From the NCBI RefSeq assembly GCF_018882085.1, contig NZ_JACVPB010000015.1, positions 6,418-38,417 of the forward strand: a stretch of 32,000 bases of DNA. Reading direction: 5' to 3'. Numbering within the stretch: the first letter of the stretch is position 1; each line of letters starts with the position of its first letter. The notes under the pieces are model-generated. The model was not told the DNA's origin and did not search any database. It worked only from the letters and a program-made list of their open reading frames with translations. The position numbers and the translations under genes are program-made. Shown here piece after piece: positions 9,089 to 17,104 of the stretch. This DNA comes from Polynucleobacter sp. AP-Reno-20A-A9. Its GTDB lineage: Bacteria; Pseudomonadota; Gammaproteobacteria; Burkholderiales; Burkholderiaceae.

Positions 9089-9877
9089 GTGAGTATTCCT
9101 GTAGTGCAACTTTCATTAGATTCAATACACAAGTCATTTTCTAGTAAAGATGGCCCAGTTCCAGTTCTTAATGGACTTACATTTGATGTGATGGAGCAAG
9201 ATTTTTTAAGCATCATTGGGCCGAGTGGGTGTGGAAAGTCAACTATTTTTAATATCATTGCCGGGCTCCTCGAGGCTGATAACGGAAATATGATCTATAG
9301 AGGCAGCAAAATTCAAAGCCTCAGAGGTAAGGTTGGTTACATGATGCAAAAAGACCTTCTGTTCCCATGGCGCACGGTTCTTGAGAATGTCATGCTTGGA
9401 TTGCGGGTTCGGGGCGAGGATGATGCTAATGGGGTTGAGAAGGCAAGGGACTACCTCAACACCTTTGGGTTATCCGGTTTTGAAAAATCCTACCCTCAGA
9501 CTCTTTCGGGGGGGATGCGTCAGCGCGTTGCACTGATCCGTACTCTTTTAATGGATCCCGACATCCTATTGCTTGATGAGCCATTTTCGGCCCTGGATTA
9601 TCAAACTAGACTCTACCTTGAGAGTGTTCTGCTAGATGCTGTAGCAAAGTTTAAAAAGACGGTCATCTTAGTTACCCATGATATTGATGAGGCTGTAGCC
9701 TTATCTAAGCGAGTTGTTGCGCTAAGCGGTAGACCTACAGTAGTTAAAAATGTGCATCAAATTGATATTGAGCGCTCATCTCCAATCGAAGCTAGATCAC
9801 ACAAAAATTTTGGTGAATATTTTCATCTACTTTGCTCTGAATTGGATATTCAAACCAGAAAGGATGAATTGGCATGA
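9089..9877 (+). CDS. ABC transporter ATP-binding protein (NitT/TauT family)
   Basis: Walker A GPSGCGKST, signature LSGGMRQR, Walker B ILLLDEPFSALD. The likely start is GTG 9089, 7 nt after GGAG (9078..9081). The ORF-track start at 8999 adds an implausible 30-aa leader. Confidence 0.85.
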   Translation: MSIPVVQLSLDSIHKSFSSKDGPVPVLNGLTFDVMEQDFLSIIGPSGCGKSTIFNIIAGLLEADNGNMIYRGSKIQSLRGKVGYMMQKDLLFPWRTVLENVMLGLRVRGEDDANGVEKARDYLNTFGLSGFEKSYPQTLSGGMRQRVALIRTLLMDPDILLLDEPFSALDYQTRLYLESVLLDAVAKFKKTVILVTHDIDEAVALSKRVVALSGRPTVVKNVHQIDIERSSPIEARSHKNFGEYFHLLCSELDIQTRKDELA

Positions 9878-10689
9878 GCCGCGAAAAGAAAACAATGAGC
9901 CAAATGCTCGATACAAGCTTTGGAAAGTCACTTATTCAGATTTTATCGGTTGTAATTTTTTTCGCTATTTGGCAAATCCTCGCGGAATTTGGATTCATCT
10001 CGGAATTTCTAGTTGGAACTCCTTTTGGGATATGGAAAAGATTCATTGCGAGCGTGATGGATTACTCCATCTTTATTGATACGGGGTATACGCTTTGGGA
10101 GGCTTTATTGGGCTTTGTGATTGGTACGCTTGTTGGTACTAGTATTGGGTTACTCCTTTGGTACTCAAAATGGGTTTCCCAGATTGTGGAGCCATTCATT
10201 GTTGCTATTAATAGCGTTCCAAAAATTGCATTAGCTCCCATTATTTTGCTTTGGTTTGGAACAGGTCTGGGTGCTAAGGTCGTATTGGTTGTCTCTATGA
10301 CAGCAATTATTGCTCTCATTGCAGCACATCAGGCAACTAAAGAAGCCGATAAGGATTTGCAATCATTGCTGTATTCCATGGGCGCTGACCGCAAACAAAT
10401 ATTTCGTCAAGTGGTTGTCCCTTCTTCAATGCCGGCGATTGTTTCCAACTTTCGCATCAATGTAGGCTTTGGATTAGTTGGCGCAGTTGTGGGTGAATTC
10501 ATTTCATCAAAAGCTGGTTTAGGACACATGATTTACAACGCCTCAAGCTTATATGAGCTCAATTCTGTTTGGGTTGGGTTATTCATGTTGATGATTGTTG
10601 GTTTCTTTCTGTATCACGGCATTGATTCGCTGGAGCGCTTCTTGTTCCCATGGCGCAATGATTCTGGACGCACACAAATTCGGATGTAA
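9874..10689 (+). CDS. ABC transporter permease (NitT/TauT family)
   Basis: 271-aa multi-span membrane protein. ATGA overlap with the ATPase gene at 9874..9877. Confidence 0.85.
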   Translation: MSREKKTMSQMLDTSFGKSLIQILSVVIFFAIWQILAEFGFISEFLVGTPFGIWKRFIASVMDYSIFIDTGYTLWEALLGFVIGTLVGTSIGLLLWYSKWVSQIVEPFIVAINSVPKIALAPIILLWFGTGLGAKVVLVVSMTAIIALIAAHQATKEADKDLQSLLYSMGADRKQIFRQVVVPSSMPAIVSNFRINVGFGLVGAVVGEFISSKAGLGHMIYNASSLYELNSVWVGLFMLMIVGFFLYHGIDSLERFLFPWRNDSGRTQIRM

Positions 10690-10717
10690 TTTTTTATTAA
10701 TCTCACGGAGGTTTTTC

Positions 10718-11689
10718 ATGAAATCGATTTACAAAAAGCTACAAGTAACAGTTGCTGCATTAGCTATTGCTGGCATGTCGTTTAGCGCTACCGCAGAAGT
10801 AAAGACAGTCACTATTTCTCAGGCATTTCAGTCAATGTTGTATCTACCCCTTTATGTCGCAATTGATAAAGGCTTCTTTAAAGACCAGGGCTTAAGTGTG
10901 ATTAAAGAAACCGCTGGATCTCCTACCGCGGCTTTATCTTCGGTACTTTCAGGAAGTTCGCAGTTTTCAATTCATGGTCCAGAATGGACTGCTATTGCCG
11001 CTTCTAAGGGCGCCAATGTTGGCATTATTAGTAATGCTGTTAACGGCGCTGCTGTATGGATTGCAACAGCTCCTGATGTGAAATTTATGAATGTTAAGGA
11101 CATCAAGGGCCAAAAAGTTGTTACTGGTTTAATGCCAACGACAAGCACCTCTTTGTTCCTTAAGTTGCTTAAGGAAAATGGCATGAGTGATAAAGATATC
11201 GATATGATCCAGGTTCCTCTGGGCACAGAACCTGCGGCGCTATTGGGTGGTCAGGCAAAGGTTGCGGTGCTGTACGAGCCGGGCCTTGATCAAGTAGCGA
11301 TCAAAGGAATGAAGGTTGTTTTAGGCTTCCCGAAAACTTATGGTGCTTACGCTTTCTCATCCATTACTGCAATGAAGACGGTTGATCCAGTATCAGCTCA
11401 GAGAATGGTGAACGGTATGGAGGTTGCGCTTCGTTATATGGCTAAAGATCCCAAGGGAGCTATTGAGGTTGCCAAAAAAGAGTTTCCAACGCTTGATCCT
11501 CAAGTTGTTGAAAATGCGGTAACTCGCATGATGAGTGAAAACGTATTCCCTAAGAGCGTTCAAATCACTCCTGCGGCACTCAAAATTTCAATGGATACAC
11601 AAATTGCTTTAGGTAATTTAAAAGAGCAACCTGTCTTTGAAAACTTTATTAACGAAACCTATATTCAAAACGCTTTGAAATTGAAGTAA
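10718..11689 (+). CDS. ABC transporter substrate-binding protein (NMT1/THI5-like), Sec signal
   Basis: The start is moved to ATG 10718, after GGAGG (10708..10712). The N-terminus MKSIYKKLQVTVAALAIAGMSFSATA is a Sec signal peptide. Confidence 0.85.
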   Translation: MKSIYKKLQVTVAALAIAGMSFSATAEVKTVTISQAFQSMLYLPLYVAIDKGFFKDQGLSVIKETAGSPTAALSSVLSGSSQFSIHGPEWTAIAASKGANVGIISNAVNGAAVWIATAPDVKFMNVKDIKGQKVVTGLMPTTSTSLFLKLLKENGMSDKDIDMIQVPLGTEPAALLGGQAKVAVLYEPGLDQVAIKGMKVVLGFPKTYGAYAFSSITAMKTVDPVSAQRMVNGMEVALRYMAKDPKGAIEVAKKEFPTLDPQVVENAVTRMMSENVFPKSVQITPAALKISMDTQIALGNLKEQPVFENFINETYIQNALKLK

Positions 11690-11752
11690 TCGCTATTATT
11701 AATCCACTTGGGGCGTATTTTTACGCCCCATTTCTTTGAATAAATAAAACAT

Positions 11753-13054
11753 ATGAAAAATACAATTGGACTGACTGAGGCTTGTAACTTAATTTCTGCC
11801 GATGAATTAAAGCCTATAGATTTTTTGCGGGCCTGTTTTGATAGGGCAAATGAAGTGGAGCCCGTTCTTAAGGCCTTTGTTTCAAGAGCCTCATTAGATT
11901 CTATGACCAAGCAGATAAAGGCAGGCCCGCTCTCAGGAATTCCAATTGCCGTTAAAGATATTATTAATACTGTTGATCTTCCAACGACTAATGGGTCACC
12001 CATTTATAAAGATAAGACTCCCGCCGAAGACGCTACGATTGTTAAAAAAATTCGCAGTCTTGGCGGCGTAATATTTGGTAAATCAGTAACGACCGAGTTT
12101 GCTTGGCGTAATCCAGGCCCAACAACAAATCCAGTTAATGCTGAATATACCCCTGGAGGATCCTCTAGTGGTTCAGCGGCATCGGTTGGCGCAGGGATAG
12201 TGCCATTAGCGCTGGGATCGCAAACGCAAGGCTCAATTATTAGGCCGGCAGCATATTGTGGGGTAGTTGGTTATAAGGCGAGTTACGGTGCAGTTTCTAA
12301 GCTTGGTGCTCACGCCTTGTCCTACTCGCTAGACCATATTGGGTTTTTCACGCGGTCGGTTGACGATATGGCTTTTGCTTTTAATAATTTAAAAAATAGT
12401 GATTCATTTGATCCTGAATTAATCGTTATTCCAGATTTGGTCTTTGGCGCAACAAAAGAGTTGCCTATGCTGGACAAGCCAAAGATTGCATTGCTAGAGA
12501 CACCGCTGGACCATATGATGTCTGATGATCAGAAGCAGGCATTAAATTTAGCTGTCCAGAAACTCGAAGAATCAGGCGCTATCGTTCAGAAGTTATCTTT
12601 GCCCCAAGAGTACTGGGACGCGATCCAAGCAATGAATCTTATTTTGGAGTCAGAGGCTGCAGAAATACATGCGCATCATACTGAGCATGTGAATGATTCA
12701 CTTAGCGTTCATATTCAAGAGTTGGTTACAAGGGGTCTAAAGCATAACGCTCCTGCTTATGTTGCCGCAAAGTTCTTACAAAAAAATCTACGTAATTCTA
12801 TCGCCACTTACTTTGATAGCTTTGATGCATTTTTAATGGCCCCGGCAAGTGGAGAGGCTCCTAAGAGTCAGGCATCTACTGGGGATCCAATCTTCTGTGC
12901 CCTCTGGAGCTTTTTGGGAACCCCTTCTATTACGATTCCTGCTGGTAAGTCAAAGAATGGTTTGCCACTAGGCATTCAGCTTATTGGAAACTATAGATGT
13001 GATGCTAAGTTACTAAGTGTAGCTAAGTTTTCTGAGTCCGCTCTAGCGAAGTAA
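11753..13054 (+). CDS. amidase-signature family hydrolase
   Basis: 433 aa with AVKDII and GGSSSGSAASV...GSQTQGSIIRPAAYCG, the amidase signature. Confidence 0.85.
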   Translation: MKNTIGLTEACNLISADELKPIDFLRACFDRANEVEPVLKAFVSRASLDSMTKQIKAGPLSGIPIAVKDIINTVDLPTTNGSPIYKDKTPAEDATIVKKIRSLGGVIFGKSVTTEFAWRNPGPTTNPVNAEYTPGGSSSGSAASVGAGIVPLALGSQTQGSIIRPAAYCGVVGYKASYGAVSKLGAHALSYSLDHIGFFTRSVDDMAFAFNNLKNSDSFDPELIVIPDLVFGATKELPMLDKPKIALLETPLDHMMSDDQKQALNLAVQKLEESGAIVQKLSLPQEYWDAIQAMNLILESEAAEIHAHHTEHVNDSLSVHIQELVTRGLKHNAPAYVAAKFLQKNLRNSIATYFDSFDAFLMAPASGEAPKSQASTGDPIFCALWSFLGTPSITIPAGKSKNGLPLGIQLIGNYRCDAKLLSVAKFSESALAK

Positions 13055-13106
13055 TCTTTACATGTCCCATCCTCTGAAGTTCTTGTTACTCTTTGTGGGG
13101 TGAGGC

Positions 13107-13925
13107 ATGTCAATCGGTGATATAGCTTGGTTGATGCTAGGTGGAAGCCTATCTGGATTTTTAGCTGGCCTACTGGGAATTGGGGGTGGAGTAATTTTAG
13201 TTCCACTAATGATTCTGATATTTGGCCGTTTAGGCTTTAATGAAAATGTTCTGATGCATATGGCAATTGCTACAGGTATGGCTAGCGTGTTATTTACTAC
13301 TTCCTCGGCCGTAATAGCTCATCAGAAGCGTCGTAATATTAACTGGAAACTAGTTATTTCCTTATCTCCTGGTCTTGTCTTGGGGGCTGTAATTGGCGGC
13401 GGAAAATTTTTTGATGCCATTAATGGAGCTTGGCTATCGCTAGGATTTTCTATTTTTATGCTTTACTCATCCACCCAAATGATTCTGAATAGGTCCCCTC
13501 ATGCTGCACGAGGTTTACCTGGAGCCTTTGGGCTCTTTGCTTTTGGTGTGTTGACGGGCGTGATCGCTAGTCTATTAGGTGCGGGCGGCGCTTTTATTAC
13601 GGTCCCATTTATGATTTGGTGCAATATCAAACCCCATAATGCAATGGCAAATTCCTCGGGCTTAGGTTTTCCAATCGCTGCATCATCTACATTGGGTTAT
13701 ATCTATGGAGGTTGGGGTAATTCATCTTTACCTGAGTACTCTCTTGGCTATGTGTATGTACCCGCTTTATTGTGCATTGTTATTACGAGCATTCTTGCTG
13801 CACCGCTCGGGGCAAGAGTAGTAAATAAATTAGAGGCGCCTAGATTAAAACGTATTTTTGGATGCACTCTTTTTCTAGTTGCATTATTCATGCTCAATGA
13901 AAGCAGAAAAGCGTTTGGGTATTAA
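13107..13925 (+). CDS. TauE/SafE (TSUP, DUF81) family anion exporter
   Basis: 272 aa with about 8 hydrophobic spans. The repeated LLGIGGG / LLGAGGA motifs are typical of TSUP permeases. Confidence 0.8.
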   Translation: MSIGDIAWLMLGGSLSGFLAGLLGIGGGVILVPLMILIFGRLGFNENVLMHMAIATGMASVLFTTSSAVIAHQKRRNINWKLVISLSPGLVLGAVIGGGKFFDAINGAWLSLGFSIFMLYSSTQMILNRSPHAARGLPGAFGLFAFGVLTGVIASLLGAGGAFITVPFMIWCNIKPHNAMANSSGLGFPIAASSTLGYIYGGWGNSSLPEYSLGYVYVPALLCIVITSILAAPLGARVVNKLEAPRLKRIFGCTLFLVALFMLNESRKAFGY

Positions 13926-13960
13926 AAAAAGGGCTCTTGATTGCTTGCGTCTCTAAAAGA

Positions 13961-13985
13961 AAAAGCCACCCGAAGGTGGCTTTTG
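13961..13985. terminator. bidirectional Rho-independent terminator
   Basis: AAAAGCCACC-cgaa-GGTGGCTTTT hairpin with an A run upstream and a T run downstream. It serves the TauE gene on + and the tRNA-Lys remnant on -. Confidence 0.65.
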
Positions 13986-13991
13986 TATAAC

Positions 13992-14036
13992 TGGTGGGTC
14001 GGGCGAGATTCGAACTCGCGACCAACGGATTAAAAG
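13992..14036 (-). repeat. tRNA-Lys(UUU) 3' fragment (45 nt), distal att repeat of island A
   Basis: The minus strand reads CTTTTAATCCGTTGGTCGCGAGTTCGAATCTCGCCCGACCCACCA. That is the anticodon loop CUUUUAA, variable loop, T-arm GCGAG/TTCGAAT/CTCGC, acceptor 3' strand and CCA. It is identical to 20557..20601. No D-arm or acceptor 5' strand precedes it. Confidence 0.85.
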
Positions 14037-14268
14037 ACGCTTGCTTGACCGTCTTTCACTATGTAAATCAAACACATAATGCGTGCCGTCAATGTTGTGT
14101 GCTGTTTTTGTGCTTGTGTGTAATGCTGTTTCTACGCTTTTAAGTTGCGTAAATGTGTATCTACCTGCGCATACCATTTGCGCATAGCCTCTCATCCCCA
14201 CACCACTCGGTTTTGTTTTTACACATATTTCACGCATAAACCACTGTTTTTTGCGTGTTTTTACGCAT

Positions 14269-14472
14269 TCAAGGTTTGAGTGCGTTTGTCCGACGCTGTT
14301 GTTCCTTGCGTTTGCGTTCATTGTCACGCTGTTGTCGTTGCCGTTCTCGTTCCTGTTGTAGTCGTTGCCTGTCACGCTCAACACTTTGCTGTAGTCCGTG
14401 TATGCGTGCTTGCGCTGGATTGAGTGGGGGTTTTGGTTTGATAGGGCGGAGGGTGATTTCGTATATGCGCAT
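14269..14472 (-). CDS. hypothetical Arg/Gln/Glu-rich small protein
   Basis: MRIYEITLRPIKPKPP...QRLQQERERQRQQRDNERKRKEQQRR. Low complexity, no clear RBS. It is last in a same-strand string of small ORFs. Confidence 0.25.
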   Translation of the reverse strand: MRIYEITLRPIKPKPPLNPAQARIHGLQQSVERDRQRLQQERERQRQQRDNERKRKEQQRRTNALKP

Positions 14473-14558
14473 ACTGTATTTAACAGCGACCAAACAATAT
14501 CACTCACCCCCACATTATTCACGCATACCCCCACCCATACTTTCGCACACCCTATACT

Positions 14559-14708
14559 TTAGTTTGACACTTCTGTGTAACTCAGCACATTACCCTCGCC
14601 GTATTGCGCCTCACCCAAGCGTTTTGCGAGATAGTCGTTTTCAGCATACACCAGCGTGTTTGCTGTTTGTGTTTGACTAATGCGCACCCACAGTCTGTAT
14701 TGTTTCAT
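14559..14708 (-). CDS. hypothetical 49-aa protein (not in the ORF track)
   Basis: My translation is MKQYRLWVRISQTQTANTLVYAENDYLAKRLGEAQYGEGNVLSYTEVSN. Its ATG overlaps the TGA of the upstream gene as ATGA (14705..14708), which suggests translational coupling. Confidence 0.4.
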   Translation of the reverse strand: MKQYRLWVRISQTQTANTLVYAENDYLAKRLGEAQYGEGNVLSYTEVSN

Positions 14709-15145
14709 TTTGTAAATCCTTCACGCAGTTTAGTTGCCGCATTTTCAATCGCTGTATCTAACTCGCCAGCACTTACAGCCGTTTTAATCACATCCAAAAC
14801 TTTCACTAAATCTTTTTCAGTGCCAACTTCTACAGCAAACTTGCCTTTGCCCAGCTCCAACACTTTGCTACCGTAGCGCACACTGATTGCCAGTTTGCCG
14901 TTGTCTGTAACAAACCACCAAGGTTTTACACACACATCGGTTTCCACTTGTTTGCGTGCGCCTGTATCAATATCAGCAACACTGCGGAACTTTTTGACGC
15001 TAAAACTTGTGCCAGTTTGTTGCGCCCGTGCTAACTCTGTTTGTTGCCAGATGCGTTTAATCAACTTATTCCTGCGCTGTAGCACTTGCGGGATTTGTGT
15101 CGGTTTCTTTGCGTCTGTTAGCTTTAGTGTGTTTAAGTTGCTCAT
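14705..15145 (-). CDS. hypothetical 146-aa protein
   Basis: Start taken at MSNLNTLKL (ATG 15145), 8 nt after AAAGGA. It contains ...VCVKPWWFVTDNGKLAISVRYGSKVLELGKGK.... I have a vague recollection of a similar island-borne DUF family but cannot verify it. Confidence 0.6.
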   Translation of the reverse strand: MSNLNTLKLTDAKKPTQIPQVLQRRNKLIKRIWQQTELARAQQTGTSFSVKKFRSVADIDTGARKQVETDVCVKPWWFVTDNGKLAISVRYGSKVLELGKGKFAVEVGTEKDLVKVLDVIKTAVSAGELDTAIENAATKLREGFTK

Positions 15146-15309
15146 TTGTGTATCCTTTTCTGTTGTGTGTTTTAGCAACTGTAGTTTCGGTATTACCAAA
15201 CTCGCAACCTCTTTTTGCCTTCAAATCTTTTTTGTCCAAAATCACACAAATCCACCTAATATTGCGTCAGATTTTGTTACATATTGTTTGGTCGTTACTA
15301 AATAAATGT

Positions 15310-15654
15310 ATGAACGATATTACTTACAACATACAAAGACGAGAGAAGCGTGACACCGAACTTGCTGACGCTTGGTTGCGTGGCATAGGTGTAGATGTAG
15401 GCAGTTTTGGAACAACTAAACCGAACTTACTCAAAGCGCAACAGACAGCTACTAAACTGCTAACTGAACATATTGGTGTTTTGGACAAATCTACTAAACG
15501 CTTTATTGAGTATTTCCAGTCACGCTACAGTTGCGTTAAAAAGCGCAAACACATTACGGACGGCGATTGTTTCCGTATTCTCAATCTACACAGTCGCATA
15601 TTGCGCGGTGAGTATCGCAGTAACAGGCGCAAACGCAGAACAACACAGGCATAA
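15310..15654 (+). CDS. hypothetical 114-aa basic protein
   Basis: Internal ATG of the 185-aa ORF (MNDITYNIQRREKRD...), with an Arg/Lys-rich C-terminus. No clear RBS. Divergent from the 146-aa gene. Confidence 0.35.
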   Translation: MNDITYNIQRREKRDTELADAWLRGIGVDVGSFGTTKPNLLKAQQTATKLLTEHIGVLDKSTKRFIEYFQSRYSCVKKRKHITDGDCFRILNLHSRILRGEYRSNRRKRRTTQA

Positions 15655-16516
15655 ATCAGGCACATTCAAAACGCAGATAAACACTGCGCTAACAAAGGTA
15701 AAAACTCCACTTGTAATATAACGGCTAATGAGGTGGAACTTGCGACACATACACTGTAGAGTTGTGTCGCACATAAGTTGATGCCGAAGTTTTAATACAA
15801 ACGCAAATCAATGCCGCAGTAGTTTGGAAGTTTCAATACATCAGTCTTCCATATTAAAAAACTTTCTACAGTGCGTGTGACAGTCTTTTTACCGTCACGC
15901 ACAGCGCAACGACTAATAGCGACAGATTCGTCTCCGCTATAGCCGTTGCGTGATCTAATCATTCTCCGTCAATCAAACAGCACCAAAAGCAACTGCGTTG
16001 CTTTCGGCTTTCTTCTATTATGTTTATATGTGTTGTGAAGAGATAAATGTGTGAGCGCAAGCGATACACAAGCGAACTGCGTTCGCTTTCACCCTACCAG
16101 TTAGATATAAATCACCAGCACCACAGATCTTGAGCACCTAAAAAAACTGCGCAACTAAAAATACAGGGCTACGAACTGATTTTGGGTAGCACTACGCAAC
16201 AGCACATCAAATCCGTCTTGTAAGCGCAGATTATCGGTATTCGTAGAGCGCAGTAGCAGATTGACACACACGCACGCTGTAGCGTGTTTTAACAAGTCTT
16301 GTCGTTCAAACTGCGCTCTGTAGTCTAAATGCCACATTCATCACGCATTTTTGCGGTAAATACACGACCAAAGAGAAGTTACAAAGTCACAACACCACGA
16401 CGCAACCAGTTGTTTTTTAACAGATTGCGCCACTTACACAGCACAAAACTGTTTCGGTTGCTCATTTGCTACCAAAGAACACATACTTATTACGCACATA
16501 TTATTAGGAGAACGCA
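15655..16516. other. 860-bp ORF-poor, hairpin-dense non-coding region (candidate ncRNA, oriT, or recombinase substrate)
   Basis: Stem-loops at 15741..15771 (9 bp), 15871..15902, 15905..15950 (two-tier), 15986..16004 and 16070..16088 (twin 8-bp stems with an identical TGC loop). ACTGCG occurs five times on one strand. Direct repeats ATGCCG...GAAGTTT(T/C)AATACA are at 15781..15800 and 15811..15840. Confidence 0.5.
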
Positions 16517-17104
16517 ATGGCACAGGCAAAATCACTGACGCAACAAGATATCGACAAAGTTTTAACTTACATCGCATCAAACACGAACGCTACACGCAAC
16601 AGGGCGATGTTTTTGCTTACGGTGCTGGCTGGGCTTCGCGTCTCGGAAGTTGCGCAACTGACACTGGGTGATGTGCGCAATAGTGACGGCACTGTTAAAT
16701 CCCAAGTGTTTCTAAGTAGCGATCGTGTAAAACACGGACACGCACGCACCGTGTTTATCAGCACACACTTACAGCAGGAACTTGCCACATACCTTGCTAC
16801 ACGCACAGCGTTTGATGACACATTTCCGTTGTTTAACACGCTACGAGGCGCGCGGAAGGCATTTACTGCTTCCACACTCACCCAGCACTTTCACTATCTG
16901 TATCGTCGTGCGTTAGTGTTCGGTGCCAGCTCACATTCAGGCAGACGCACATTTTTGACCACTTTGAGTAACTCGGGCATCAGCGTGTTTGTTTTAGCAA
17001 GTTTGGCGGGGCACAAGAACATCGCTACAACTCAAAGGTATGTTACCGTAAACGACGATCAAAAGCGCAGGGCAGTAGATTGCTTTAGCTTACAAGTTGC
17101 TTAA
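16517..17104 (+). CDS. small tyrosine recombinase (FimB/FimE-sized, 195 aa)
   Basis: AGGAG lies 7 nt before the ATG. Catalytic positions are readable: GLRVSE (Arg), HSGRRTF (His-x-x-Arg), GHKNIATTQRY (His...Tyr). There is no arm-binding N-terminal domain. Confidence 0.8.
   Translation: MAQAKSLTQQDIDKVLTYIASNTNATRNRAMFLLTVLAGLRVSEVAQLTLGDVRNSDGTVKSQVFLSSDRVKHGHARTVFISTHLQQELATYLATRTAFDDTFPLFNTLRGARKAFTASTLTQHFHYLYRRALVFGASSHSGRRTFLTTLSNSGISVFVLASLAGHKNIATTQRYVTVNDDQKRRAVDCFSLQVA

Noticed and set aside
8043-10717. Long N-terminal extensions in the ORF track (8043, 8999 and 10595 starts)
   Set aside because: Internal starts at 8073, 9089 and 10718 have proper Shine-Dalgarno spacing and give canonical N-termini, including a signal peptide for the binding protein. 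The extensions overlap upstream genes or terminators.
13953-14534. 193-aa minus-strand ORF in the ORF track
   Set aside because: It runs through the terminator hairpin and the tRNA-Lys fragment and has low-complexity, stop-poor composition. It overlaps the more plausible small ORFs and has no RBS.
14255-14680. 141-aa Cys/Arg/Ser-rich plus-strand ORF
   Set aside because: It is the antisense shadow of the Arg/Gln/Glu-rich minus-strand ORF. The repetitive CGTTGC-type codons give an open frame on both strands.
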